The notes under the pieces were generated by a model, which worked only from the letters and a program-made list of their open reading frames with translations, was not told the DNA's origin and made no database searches. A stretch of 63,656 bases of DNA, filler included, from Atractiella rhizophila (Eukaryota), in assembly GCA_021432655.1 (NCBI GenBank). It is 4 parts of 4 records of this genome, joined end to end, with 100 filler letters (N's around TTAATTAATTAA, not from the genome) between each part and the next. Parts side by side here need not be neighbours in the genome. Positions count along the whole stretch, not along the records: positions 19,987 to 39,842 come from MU271846.1; 3 more parts are not named here. One strand, written 5' to 3'. Below are positions 25,485 through 37,367 of the stretch, piece by piece. Every line of letters starts with the position of its first letter. The first letter of the stretch is position 1. Made by a program: the position numbers and the translations under genes.

Positions 25485-26360
25485 TTAAGGCGTTGTATTT
25501 GGAGGAAGAGTGATCGGTTCGGGCTTGAGAGAATGTCGAGCCAGGGTAAGCACTGATCTCTTCATCGATTGTCTCAAATCGTCCATTTGCGTCGAAGCAA
25601 AGAGATCCTGCTCATACAACTTGAGCCGCAAATGAGAGCGCTTTTCAGCAAATAACACACCTCTTTCGCAACCTCAAAACGACCTGAGAATGCTTTTGAA
25701 TTCCCAAGGAGCAGTTGGAGAGAATCGCTGATGGAATCTACGTGCTTCAAGTCTTCAAATAGCCTCTACTCCCATTTCAATTTAGGCAGAGGAGAACCTG
25801 GGGGTCGCGCACATTCTGCCACGCAGCTGCAAACACAAGTGGGAATCTTTTTGCCCACGTCTTCGCGATAGCGCGAAACACGTCTTGGGAAATATCGATG
25901 TATCCTTCTCCATTTACGCTGAAACTGACGCGTATTGAGGTGAGGCGAGCCGCTGAAGCGGTCGTGATCAGTTCTGAAGAACGAGAACCATTTGCGAGGG
26001 AGATTTCGAGTGAACAACTTTCGACGCGTCGGACTTGAGAAATCGACAGCGCTTCTTTTAACTGTAACACATCGAAGGAAGTCCCAGCTGTGAAGGTAAC
26101 AGAAGCTGACCAACCTCTTCCAATTGTAGCACGAAACTCTGCGCGAGATCTTCTTCACGTATATCTTCATCAAATTGCAACTGGATTGGCAATGTGCTGG
26201 GAGCGATCACGTCGATAAGCCTGCTTCTTGAGGAAATGATGGCTGGGGCTTCGATCTCAAAAAAGGATTCGACTGCAAGCGTTCCAAGACGTGTCGTAGC
26301 CTTTTTCTTAATTTTCTTGATCCCTCCCATCCCCAGTCCCATCGACATCCTTTGCTCCAT
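25485..26360 (-). CDS. Hypothetical protein (multi-exon), divergent from Hsp110
   Basis: Parts of ORFs 26058-26546 and 25777-26070 plus downstream exons ending DLFASTQMDDLRQSMKRSVLTLARHSLKPEPITLPPNTTP*. Confidence 0.55.
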
Positions 26361-26453
26361 CCCTCTTGACGCGTCGTGTCGCGTGTCGCTATTTCTTTTG
26401 TGGTCACGTTTTTTGGGCATTCTTGCCACAGCTCCGTTAAACTTTACGCGAAG

Positions 26454-26500
26454 TTCTGGAAAATTTTCGACGACTACAAAGCTTCTGGACGATTCTGGAC
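26454..26500. promoter_or_regulatory. Probable heat-shock elements upstream of Hsp110
   Basis: TTCtgGAAaaTTT and TTCtgGACgaTTCtgGAC: imperfect alternating nGAAn/nTTCn units 60-110 nt upstream of the ATG. Confidence 0.5.
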
Positions 26501-26560
26501 ACGAAATAGAAAAGGACCACTTAGATCGCCACCCTTGCAACAGCACCTATCACCCCCAAA

Positions 26561-29500
26561 ATGACCAGCGTAATCGGTATCGATGTTGGAAATTTGGCCT
26601 CCAAGGTAAGCTCTCATCGTCAACTGAAGCATCAGCCTGATCGAGTCGATGGCGCACAGATTGGAGCGGCGAGAAATCGCGGAATTGATATCTTGATCAA
26701 TGAAGTCTCTAACAGGGCTACTCCGTTCGTGTTTGCCGTGCTGGACTTGGGGTTTCCTGATCAAAACGGAAAAGGCCTTGGGGGCCTTCCGAACCCCGTC
26801 AACGAAAAATGGGGAAGCCGCAAAAAAGCAAGAAAAGGGGAAACTCAAAAAAAACAATGGAAACCTGAAAAAAATGAATGGAACGGCCCTGCAAGGAAGG
26901 CCCTCCCTTGGCCTGCCTTAATTGGGCCGGCCAATGAATTGGTGTCCATTTCTTTGTCTCTCTGATGGTAGGACCCTGACATTCAACAATATGAAGCGAA
27001 GTATCTCAATAATGAGCTGGTAGACGTCAAGGGATCCGTGGGAGTCAAGGTGGGTTCTTTTGGTACAAAAAAACCGTTTTTTCTGAACACAGGTCAGGTT
27101 AACTATCTTGGAGAGCAAACTGAGTTTTCCGCCACACAACTGTATGGTGCATACCTTGGGAAGCTTCGAGACATTGCTGCGAAAGAGCTTAAATCAGCGG
27201 TCAACGATGTCGTTATCGCTGTTCCCGGCTGGTATACTGATGCTCAAAGGCGTGCCGTTCTTGACGCTGCTGAAATCGCCAACCTCCACACCTTACGACT
27301 GATTAACGAACCCACCGCTATTGCCCTTGGCTACGGCATCACCAAAACCGACCTTCCTCCTCCCGAAGAGAAGCCCAAGCATATTGCGTTTGTCGATATA
27401 GGACACTCCTCTTACTCCGTTTCCATCGTCGCTTTCAGTAAAGGATCTCTCACTGTCAAGGGTACGGCTTACGATCGTCATTTCGGAGGTCGAGATATCG
27501 ACTGGGCTCTCGTCGAGCATTTCGCTGAGGAGTTCAAGTCGAAGTACAAGATTGACGTCAAGAGCAACAAGAAAGCTGTCTTCAGGCTCGCCAGTGGTGT
27601 TGAGAAGTTGAAGAAAATCCTTAGCGCAAATGCCGCCGCACCGCTCAGTGTAGAGAGCATCATGAATGATGTCGACGCTTCGAGTTCTATGACGCGTGAA
27701 GCCTTTGACGAAATGATTGCCCCGCTCTTGGAGCGCACAATCGCGCCTCTCGAAGCGGCTTTGGCTGAAGCGAAAATCTCACCCGATGAGATCGAGGCTG
27801 TCGAGTTGATTGGAGGTTCGACAAGGATTCCGGCGCTCAAAAACCGCATTCAGTCGTTCTTCGGGCGACCGCTCAGTTTCACCTGCAATCAAGAGGAGGC
27901 TGTTTGTCGAGGCGCCACTCTCGCTTGCGCCATCCTTTCCCCAGTTTTCAAGGTGCGAGACTTCTCGACGAGCGATATCACCGGATTCCCCATCGACTTT
28001 ACTTGGGAGAGAGACGCTGGCGATCCGGACGATGATACCACTTTAAGGGTTACCCAAAAGATGGAAGCCGTCCCCTCAAAAGTCAAAGCCCTTACCTATT
28101 ACCGCAAGCAACCTTTCGAAATCATGGCCTCTTATCCAGATGTTAAGGATCTTCCCGGTGTCTCCAGCCCTTTCATCGGCAAGATCTCACTTCAAAACGT
28201 CACGCCGAATTCGAAAGGCGACTTCTCCCAAGTTAAGCTCAAGGTCAGGCTTAATCTTCACGGTATTCTTTCCGTCGATTCTGCTGCGCTGGTTGAAGAG
28301 GTGGAAGTCGAGGCTCCCGCCGCAGAGCAAAAGATGGATGTTGATGGAGGAGAAGTCCCAGCAATTACCGCAAGCAACCTTTCGAAATCATGGCCTCCTA
28401 TCCAGACGTTAAGGATCTTCCCGGTGTCTCTAGCCCTTTCATCGGCAAAATCTCACTTCAAAACGTCACGCCGAATTCGAAAGGCGACTTCTCCCAAGTT
28501 AAGCTCAAGGTCAAGCTTAATCTTCACGGTATCCTTTCCGTCGATTCTGCTGCGCTGGTTGAAGAGGTGGAAGTCGAGGCTCCCGCCGCAGAGCAAAAGA
28601 TGGATGTTGATGGAGGAGAAGTCCCAGCTGAAGGTGCAGACGCACCGCCGGCGAAGAAATCGAAGAAGACTATTCGAAAGGATATTCCATTTACGTTCGA
28701 GACCTCGGCACTTCCAACTCACATCTTGAATGACATGAAGCAGAGTGAGGGGGAGATGCACTCTAACGACCGACTTGTTTCTGAGACGGAGGATCGCAAG
28801 AATGCCCTTGAAGAGTATATCTGTATGGATTTCTTTACTTCTTTCGACTCTCCCCGCTTAACAAGTTATTCCAGATGACATGCGAGAGAAACTTGATGGA
28901 TCATACTCTGCCTTTGCCCCTTCCGCCGACAAGGATACTCTACGATCCAAGCTTTCTGAAGCTGAGGATTGGCTGTACACGGAGGTTCGTGTATTTCTAT
29001 GCTTAGCCCGGTAGTATTAAAGTTGATCGTGAATAGGAGGGTGAGGATGCGAAAAAATCCGACTATGTGTCCCGTTTGGATGCTCTCAAAAAGCTAGGCG
29101 ACCCTATTGCCTTCCGTTATAGGGAGAAGGAGGAGCGCGACCGAGCAGCAAAGGCTTTGGGAGAGACGCTCGCTGGTTTCATGGACAAGGCACAGTCCGG
29201 AGACGAGAAATACAGTCACATTGAGGAGGTGAGTTTCGAGCCGTTTGCTACGAAGAAGAAAGAGCACTGAGCACCTATCTTATGGACTTGTAGAAGGACA
29301 TGCAGAAGGTCATCGAAACCGTTGCAAATGCTCAGAAGTGGATGCAAGATATCATGGCTAAGCAGTCGGAGCGACCAAAGGACCAGGACCCTGTCGTTAC
29401 TGTCAAGGATCTCGTCAAGAAGCGGGAAGAGTATGTTTCTTTTTGCTGCTCCGAGCGTTTAGTCGCTGACCTTTTTTCACCTTCAGTGTCACCTTTACTT

Positions 29501-29664
29501 GCACACCGATCTTGTCCAAGCCCAAACCTAAAACGGCAGAGCCGACTCCAACCTCCACTCCTCCGCCAAAGGAGGAGAAAAAGGAGGAGAAGCCGCAGAA
29601 TGGAGATGTGGATATGGATTTCGCTGGTGCTGAGGGAGAGAAGCCAGATATGGATGTCGATTAA
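26561..29664 (+). CDS. SSE1: Hsp110/Hsp88 (SSE1/Pss1-type Hsp70-family nucleotide exchange factor)
   Basis: MTSVIGIDVGN..IGAARNRGIDILINEVSNRATP; AVPGWYTDAQRRA; ALGYGITKTDLP; TEDRKNALEEYIY; C-terminal MDVD; disrupted in this assembly by a garbled patch and a 266-bp duplication. Confidence 0.93.
28098..28629 (+). repeat. Tandem 266-bp duplication within the Hsp110 coding exon
   Basis: 28098-28363 and 28364-28629 are near-identical, with about 6 substitutions, mostly synonymous. Confidence 0.95.
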
Positions 29665-29889
29665 AAAGCTTGAGAAGTCCCCTTTCGCATGTTCATTACG
29701 ATTGTTGAAGAATAGCATAGAAGTTGTATCGCTAGAACTATCTCACTGAAGAACGAACAATCAAAGAGTTTGTTTCACTGAATTCTTTGCATTGGCACCT
29801 CATATTGACATTCCAGAATGTACATCGGGTCCTCTTGAACGGATTGAAGCCGGATTGATTTACGTGTTCCCCCTTTGGCGATGTAGGCT

Positions 29890-31142
29890 CTACTCTTCCA
29901 TCTCAACATCATCATCCTCCCCCTCTTCCTCCTCCTCCAGATCCTCCCAGTCACTCTGCGTCACCTCTTCCTCTTCATACCTCTTCCAAAACTGTTCATC
30001 ATACGTGCCTTCCTCGAAGCCCCTTGGCTCCACACTCTTGTCAAAGAATGCTTCGGGTGGCTGCGACGAGGAGGTGGCTGAACCTTCGGGGTAAACATTG
30101 TGAAGTGCGAGAGGGATGAAAAAGCCTTTGGACGGTATCAGATACAGCGAGGCGTGAAGTTGATCTTGAGGAAGGAGGTGGGCAACCATGACTCCAGGTA
30201 GACGGAGACGCCAGGGAGGTGGGATGGTTGTCGGGCTGTCTACTCTCAAGAACCGTCAGTCTAGGGACTCTATCAAGACCTCAAAGAATTGGAGGCGACT
30301 AACCCAAGGTAAACTCCGTCAACTCAACTCCATCATCCAATATTTTCGAAATATCAAAATAACCCTCCAGGACGTCAGTCTCCTTAATCTCCTGGTCTTT
30401 GATTCCATATGCACTCTTGGCCCAAGTCGCAAAGTCTCTCCCGATCTTCTTCGCTTTCTCACTACGCTTCAATGTCTTTGCCTCCACCTTACACAGCTGT
30501 AGTAGGATCTCGACGTCTTGTTCTGGGAGGAAATTGAGGTCTGGAGGGGAGTGGAGGAAGCGCGTGAAGGCTGTTAGGTGGGAGACGATCAATTGAACAG
30601 TGTTGGGACGGAGGGAGATTTTGTCCACTGTGATCTGTTGAGGAAATGTTGGAAGGAAGACAAAACAGCGAACCGAGGTAGTTCTCAAAGAACTGCTGAT
30701 ACAGCAACTGAAGTAGATCTGTCTGTGGCCTGTGCAATTCACAAAAGCGAGCAGCATCATGCTGGTCGCCTGCATCAAGGACGAGATTCCATCCAAACCT
30801 TGAAGGACGCTAAACTCTCAGATAATTGTCAAGAGAAAGAGCCAGGGGAAAACGCACGACTCGCAGCACTCTCTAAAGAGATGCATGCTTCGCCATACAT
30901 CCTTAAACTCATTGCCTCCCTCCGCTTTCTTTGTCGCGACAAATGCCTTGAAGATGTTCGATAAAGTCGGTGTCTTCCGACAACATATGCTTGAACATCT
31001 CTATTCTCCCAAACTACAGGAAGACTGGAAAGCGCACCACTTTGGCCAAATCGCGATAATTGGCTGCCACATCTTCAGGCGGTAGCTCTGATAAACGATT
31101 CAGTAGAGGGTTTCCTCCTTGGGTACTGCTTCCTTCATCCAT
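29890..31142 (-). CDS. Hypothetical protein with acidic C-terminus (multi-exon)
   Basis: Co-oriented exon ORFs (MDEGSSTQGG..., ...QLIVSHLTAFTRFL..., ...PPWRLRLPG...EEEEEGEDDDVEMEE*) separated by GT-AG introns. Confidence 0.6.
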
Positions 31143-31396
31143 TACCAGAACTGACTCTGCCTTGTATGCTTGAAATTCGCCGTTTAGTGATTCTCCACAA
31201 GAACTTGAAAACTTAGTTTCATGAAATGCATCTGTATTCATGATGTCATAGGTACCCATTGGACTCTTCTCTTCCTTTCTGATGGGACACCATCCATTTG
31301 TTTGTTGCTGCCTGGCCCAAGAAATACACACAAGAAGTAAATTTATTTTATGCACAAACTAAATCTATTTCGCATGTTGTCATTGGATAATCCAAG

Positions 31397-32278
31397 TTAA
31401 AGCTTGACATCCAACTTGAGCTCTTCTAACACCGTCTCATCCGGAATCCTCTCCAAAAATGCCCATTCATCGTCGCTGCCATCACCTTCCTTGAATTTAA
31501 ACACCCTAACCTCCGCATTTGGCCAAGTCTGGAGTCAAAGACGTACGAACCATTAATTGACACTTGGCTACATAAGTAGCATAGCAAAAACGCACCTCTA
31601 CTCCTTCCCTATGTTCACCGCGACTGATAAAGTCCAATATACCATTGTGCGCCACAAGCACGACTTCTCTCTCGCTCCTTCCTCTAATATACCTCCTAAC
31701 CCAAGCAGCGCGCTTCTTCAGATCCTCAAAATGGGGGCTCCAGAACCCCTCTTTGCTCCTCCACTCTGGCTCAACCTTCTCAACCTCACTCCAATCCAAA
31801 CCCTTGACAGAAGAAAATTCAAAACCTTCACCATCTAGGAGAGTTGAGAGGGGAGATCCAGTGTCGCAGGGATTTGGACCAGACTCATGAGCTTGAGGGA
31901 GGAGCACGACGCCTTTCTGATTCGATTTCGGAAGTGATTCGATGTGTTCTTTGAGCGGAGTGAGCCCGTTCAAAGTCGTCTGGATCGTACGCCGCAGAGG
32001 GGAAGACAGGAGGAGGATGGAAGATGACTTTGACGAGTTGAGATAGCGACCGATCGGCGCATTGGGGATCGAGGTTGTCTGTGTGACTCCAAGTGGCGTG
32101 AGTGGAGGGTCGGGAAAGGATTGGGCTACTTCGAACGTGTATTGGGGAAGGTTGTGTTGGGCTTGCCCATGCCTGGACAATCACCAGAAACAGGTTATGA
32201 TCTGAGAACCCAGCAGATGGTAAGGACTGTAGCTTACCTGTATAGGTAGACACGTTTTTCTTTGATCTCTGGAGACAT
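31397..32278 (-). CDS. Histidine phosphatase / phosphoglycerate mutase-like protein
   Basis: RVYLYR|HGQAQHN, SSPLRRTIQT, CDTGS, VVLVAHNG and WPNAEVRVF motifs. Confidence 0.88.
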
Positions 32279-32617
32279 ATTCTATGGTCTATTACGAATT
32301 TAAATGTCGACAGAGCGTTGCAAATCGTCGTCGTGATCGAGGTAAAAATGATGAAAGCTATTGAGATAAAGTTACTTGCTCGTTGTTGAGACGCAGCAAA
32401 CGTTATAACAAAGTTCACTATGTCACTTCAACGACAGATTTGTACAACCAGGTCAAGCCAGTTACCACAACACAGGGGTATACACGCCTTGCAAACATGG
32501 AGGCCTTGAGCCAACTTATTGAAATGGAGTAAACTGAGCTGAGAGCTATCACATTTCACGGCACCGTTATCCAAACATGAAATTGCCCGAGCTTTGCAAT
32601 ACTTCATCCGACACCAT

Positions 32618-33027
32618 TCACCATCCAAAAACAGTCTTGAAGTTAGAGCTCACTCCCACACAATGAACGGTGGATCCAACCGTAGCTTGCCAGAGCGCGT
32701 TTCCGCTGCAATCGCCACTTCCAAAGAAGTTCATACTCTTCGTAGCTGAGCTGGTATAAGTGTGTCCCCACTTAGCGCCGTTGGGGATGGTCGCACATTG
32801 GCCTTGAGAGAATAGTCAGTTTATGATCATGCAATTGAAAGAAAGGTAGACCTTCGACAACGGTGGTGCCCAAGTAGGTTCCTTGGTCACAATCATTTCC
32901 GGTCCACCAAGCTACACTGCTATCAGATCGCTGCTACGTAAATGTATGAGAACAACTCACTGATTTCGAGTTTGGCCGTGGCGAGAGTAGCAGAGAGGAG
33001 CGTGAGGGCGATAGCGCTGAATTTCAT
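32618..33027 (-). CDS. Small secreted Cys-containing protein (~103 aa, 3 exons), MiAMP1/beta-gamma-crystallin-like
   Basis: MKFSAIALTLLSATLATA-KLEI|TWWTGNDCDQGTYLGTTVVE|GQCATIPNGAKWGHTYTSSATKSMNFFGSGDCSGNALWQATVGSTVHCVGVSSNFKTVFGW*; signal peptide, 4 Cys, two canonical introns; not in the ORF track. Confidence 0.8.
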
Positions 33028-34097
33028 GATTTCTTCGCTTGCTGTCTGGATGAAGACGTAGATTAGATGTTCTTGGTTGAAATTTTAGCTGCCACGAAGT
33101 AGTGCTTTTATATTCTGCCTTTGCTACATGCACCTCCTTACGATACACTGAGTACATGCCCCAACCTGGCAAGGTTGGGAGATGAAAGCGGAGCAGCGTT
33201 TCTGCAACAACCAAGGACACTCGGAAAGGAGCCATAGTATTTGCGATTCACAGGAAATTCAGACACGTATACAATGTATGAATATTCAACTTGTTGCTTC
33301 GCGCGGAAAGGGTGACGCGTAACTTATTGAGATTTGCGGCAGCGGCATATCTAATGTGATTTTCATCGGGTTTCCTCTAGCCATACCCCCATGGAAAACT
33401 ACATTTTGTCCTTTACAGCCCTAGAGTTTCCAAAGTCAGGAACTTATGCAAATTAAGACTAAAAATATCCCAGCACGCTCCAGTACGGAAGGGCTTGTCT
33501 GTTGTGGTTAATAGATTATCGAGGGGAAAAGCATGCGTGTTTACGTGCCTCACAATCAAAGGAAGTCAGGGCTGTCAAAAGTGTAGTTTGCAGAACAAGC
33601 GAAAAGGAGGCAGGACGAGGAGTAGGCGGGAAACTTGAATCGATGGTCAGATCGTTGGCTTGATTATCATACTCCTGAACTGCAACCAAACCGAGCAGAT
33701 CTAGGCCTGTGAAGTCCTACTTTATTATTTTGTCCTCAATTGAGCATATATTGTCAACCTGACGTAAAAGGAGAAAACAGAATAACGATAACGACTGCAA
33801 AAGAAAACACACTTTGAATGCGATTCGAAACATTGTCTTTCCTCCCAACGTTTTCAATTTTCCATCATGCACTGTCACCCAATAATCTACTATCCTTTTA
33901 AAGAGAGATGGTCATGACTGCAATTCGATGGTGTGTGATTTGAAGAGCTCCCAGGATTGGTTTCTAGTATAGAACGTTGGACTTTGTTGCAGCTTATCGA
34001 AGTTTGTAAAATTCGGACAAATTGCGACATCTCTCCCTCGACGACTCGAGTCCAACTCGGTTATAACAGCTCGTTGTCGCCAGCAAACCCTCACAAG

Positions 34098-36532
34098 ATG
34101 TCCAACCCAGTTCCCCCTCAACAGATTGCACTAGATGCTGAACTTGCCCAATTCCGAGAAGACTGGAAAATAGAGGTGTCATCGAAGGCTGAAGCATCGT
34201 CACCCACGTCGAAGGATGTGGCCAAGTCGCTGCACCAAAGGAAGAGGTCCGCGGAGCAGCCAGTCTCTCGAGTGAAACATGGGAAACAGCCAAGTGTGGA
34301 AGTAGCCGTCGATGAGGAGAAAGAAAGAAGGGAGAAAGAGAAAGAGAGGATTTTGGAGAGTGAAAATGCAGTAGAGATTTATGCTGAAGCTGTTGAGTTC
34401 GAAAGGCAGGGGAGGCTCAATGAAGGTGCGTACGTCCCCTTGTCGTGCTTGGGAGATTTTCTGGCTTCACATCCAAACGGCTTACTCAGCCCATCTTGAT
34501 AACAGAAGACTCATGCCTGGGGTCTCTATGAGCCATATTCACATCCCTGGACATTGATTATTGTCGTAGAAAGCTGCATGAGGGAGCTACGACAGCAAAA
34601 CTACTTGGGGCTATATCCCCCGCAGGCGGCAGGCGCAGAGGTCAGGAAATATTGAATTATTGAATCAAATTCACAAGTGCGAGACAATCTTTAGATCACA
34701 CAACAAGTGTTGATTTACTCGCGAAAGCTTGTCAAGATGTGCAATATCAAACACTAGCGAATTACCAGACGCAGGTCATATTGACACAGAAACATACCCA
34801 TTTTGCCAGGTCATGTAATATGCATAACCCTCATGACACCGAGCAAGCCAGAACCTATAATACAAGAACAAACGACCAGTCGCAATCAAGTCCTTGTGTT
34901 CTTCTTTATTGTCCCCATCATTCCGGACGAAATTCTCGGACAGCCAGATTATTCTTTTTGGTTGTCGGGAATAAAGTCAATATGCCAGGTGGTATTGCGG
35001 CATGAGGCTCTCCATTATGATGCCCCTAGCTGTGCGCATCTTGCGTACACTCTGCAAAGAGCCCAATGCTCGTGAACGAGGCACAGGCTCTCGTCAAGTC
35101 TGTCATTCATCCCACGTTTGATCCACTCACTGCCACAGCTGTTGCACAGCTATCTGATATACTAACTTGACTCTTGTTTAGCACTCGCATTCTATCGGAA
35201 GGCGTTCAAGGTTTGTTATCTTTTGTTCCATTTCACCAAGCTATCGTAATTTGTCTTCACAGTTGGACGAAGATGTTGACCGCGCGTACGACAAATCTGC
35301 ACTTTCAAAACGACCTCCACCTAGCGAACAGTCCAAGGATGACGACTTTCATTTCTCCCGCACGATACACTTAGGACCAGAATATTCCTCTAAATCGTCT
35401 GAGCAAGCACTTGCGCATCCAAGTTCTACACAAGGACTTACTGAGCGTCTTATGCGGTCATTCAGCGTCAATCCATATCCTCCTCCACCAGAACCCGAAA
35501 CTTTAGAGCGACAAGACGAAACTGTGAAGGATGGTCCCACTGTGACTGTAAAGAAACTACAGGAAGACCTATCATATATCTATAAGTTCCATCCAAGAGA
35601 CGAAGAACTACCGCTCCGCCTTAGACTACTACCAGCGGATATTCTTATCCTTATTTTCACCCATTTAGTCTGCGGTCACGGCGCAGGTTTGGAGCGGGCT
35701 ACAGCAGAGGGAGTTTATGACGTCCAGGCTCTTGAGAGATTTGGCAGTGTCTCACGATGGGCCAGGCTCCTGACGTTAGAGACTATGATTTGGAAGTGAG
35801 CCCCTTACCAATCCCTCTCCTTTGCCAAACGCGTGCTGTCTCTCAGGAATCTCTGCGAGCAAGTCTACGTGCCACCTCAAATATCTATACTGGAGTCGCC
35901 AAAAGACCTTGTTGAGCAACACGGTAACGACTGGCGGCGGATGTACATCGAACAGCCGCGATTACGAACGGATGGTTGTTTCATCGCTGTTATTACTTAT
36001 TTTCGCAAAGGTTCATCGGAGAATGCCTGGGTGTCGCCAACACTCGTACGTTTTCCGTTACTTCAGTGGATCCTAAGGTCAACATGCACTAGGTCGTCAC
36101 TTTCTTTCGATATTTTCGGTTTCTACCGAATGGTGTAGTCGTGACCTGTTTAACGACCGAAGACCCTCAAACTATCGTACGGAAACTGAACCCAAGCCTG
36201 AAGATACAAGGAACCTCGACGGGCAGGTGGCGTCTGCAAGGAGATCGTTGGGAGTGTTACGACTTGGCGGATCCAGGCAACCAGAACTCGAAATACACTT
36301 TCCGAATGTCAGGTCGACTCAGCAGCACACAACGCGGAAAGATGTACGTCGTGACCGCCCAGCTCTTGCAGAGAAGAACTGACGTCCGAAATGCAATGGT
36401 GACAGGAATAAGCTTGAACTGGAAAACATCCAGACGGAGAATCGTCGAACGCACGAGCTCGCAGATATTCCTCTCAAGCACATGCGGCCATTTTACTTTT
36501 CACGGGTCAAAACGTATTCCCTCGTAGACTGA
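34098..36532 (+). CDS. HRT3: F-box protein HRT3/Pof7 (FBXO9 family)
   Basis: ELAQFREDWK; AVEIYAEAVEFERQGRLNE|ALAFYRKAFK|LDEDVDRAY; F-box LLPADILILIF; WRRMYIEQPRLRTDGCFI; C-terminal FYFSRVK. Confidence 0.85.
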
Positions 36533-37367
36533 CGGTAGTCAGTTCGGATACCGTTCTTTCCATCTCGCTCGGGTCGCGTTTTAGGACTTCACATGCCCAG
36601 CCTCGACTCCTTCTGAGATCCGAATTCTGTTTCGGTCGTACGTCCTTGATTATAGGCTCTGAGTCTCTTTTGAGGCTCCATTATTTTTTTGTTTGAACGT
36701 TGGTTTCAACAAGACTAACGTGATGGAGTAAAGTAATATTTACGTTGAACAGCATTGATTGGCACTGAGACGAAAATGTCCAATCACCACCTCCAAATGA
36801 AATCGAGAACAGACTTATCCTTGTTTGAATTCGAACGAGCAGAAGACCACACACAACACTTCAAAACTCAACCGAAACGCGATTCTGTCTAAAGACTAAA
36901 CATGTTTGTGAGAGAGAAGAGATAGAGAAAAGGGACGGATAGAGAATGTCGTAAGAGGAAGGCGAAGGGGGCTGGGGGTTTTGGATTCGACTGCTGAAAA
37001 GAAATGCGAAGACTGAAGAATGAAAAACGAAACAAAAGTGGTTGAAGATCAGTCGCATCCAAAGGGTATATATCCTGAGCCGGGTTTTGGGTATATGAGC
37101 ACTCGATATTCTATTCGATCCATGATTATGAGAGGAGAGTTAAAGGAGAGCTAAGACGAAGACGATGAAGTGAAGGTACTTTTGAGAAACGGAATGGAAG
37201 ATAAAGTGAAAGTGTAAGACCATGGACTGAATCGAAGTATCTAGCTCCTTCGCTGCTCCCTGCTCGGTCGTCGTTCGCACCGCTCCTTCATACAATAACA
37301 ATCAATAATGAAAACTAGCACACGGGTTCTACTACTATTGCTGCTTCTTTCGTCGTCATCAAATTTG

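Noticed and set aside
34820..34835. TAACCCTCA as a telomerase RNA template
   Set aside because: One mismatch to TAACCCTAA, partly paired in a stem, and no pseudoknot identified; not supportable alone.
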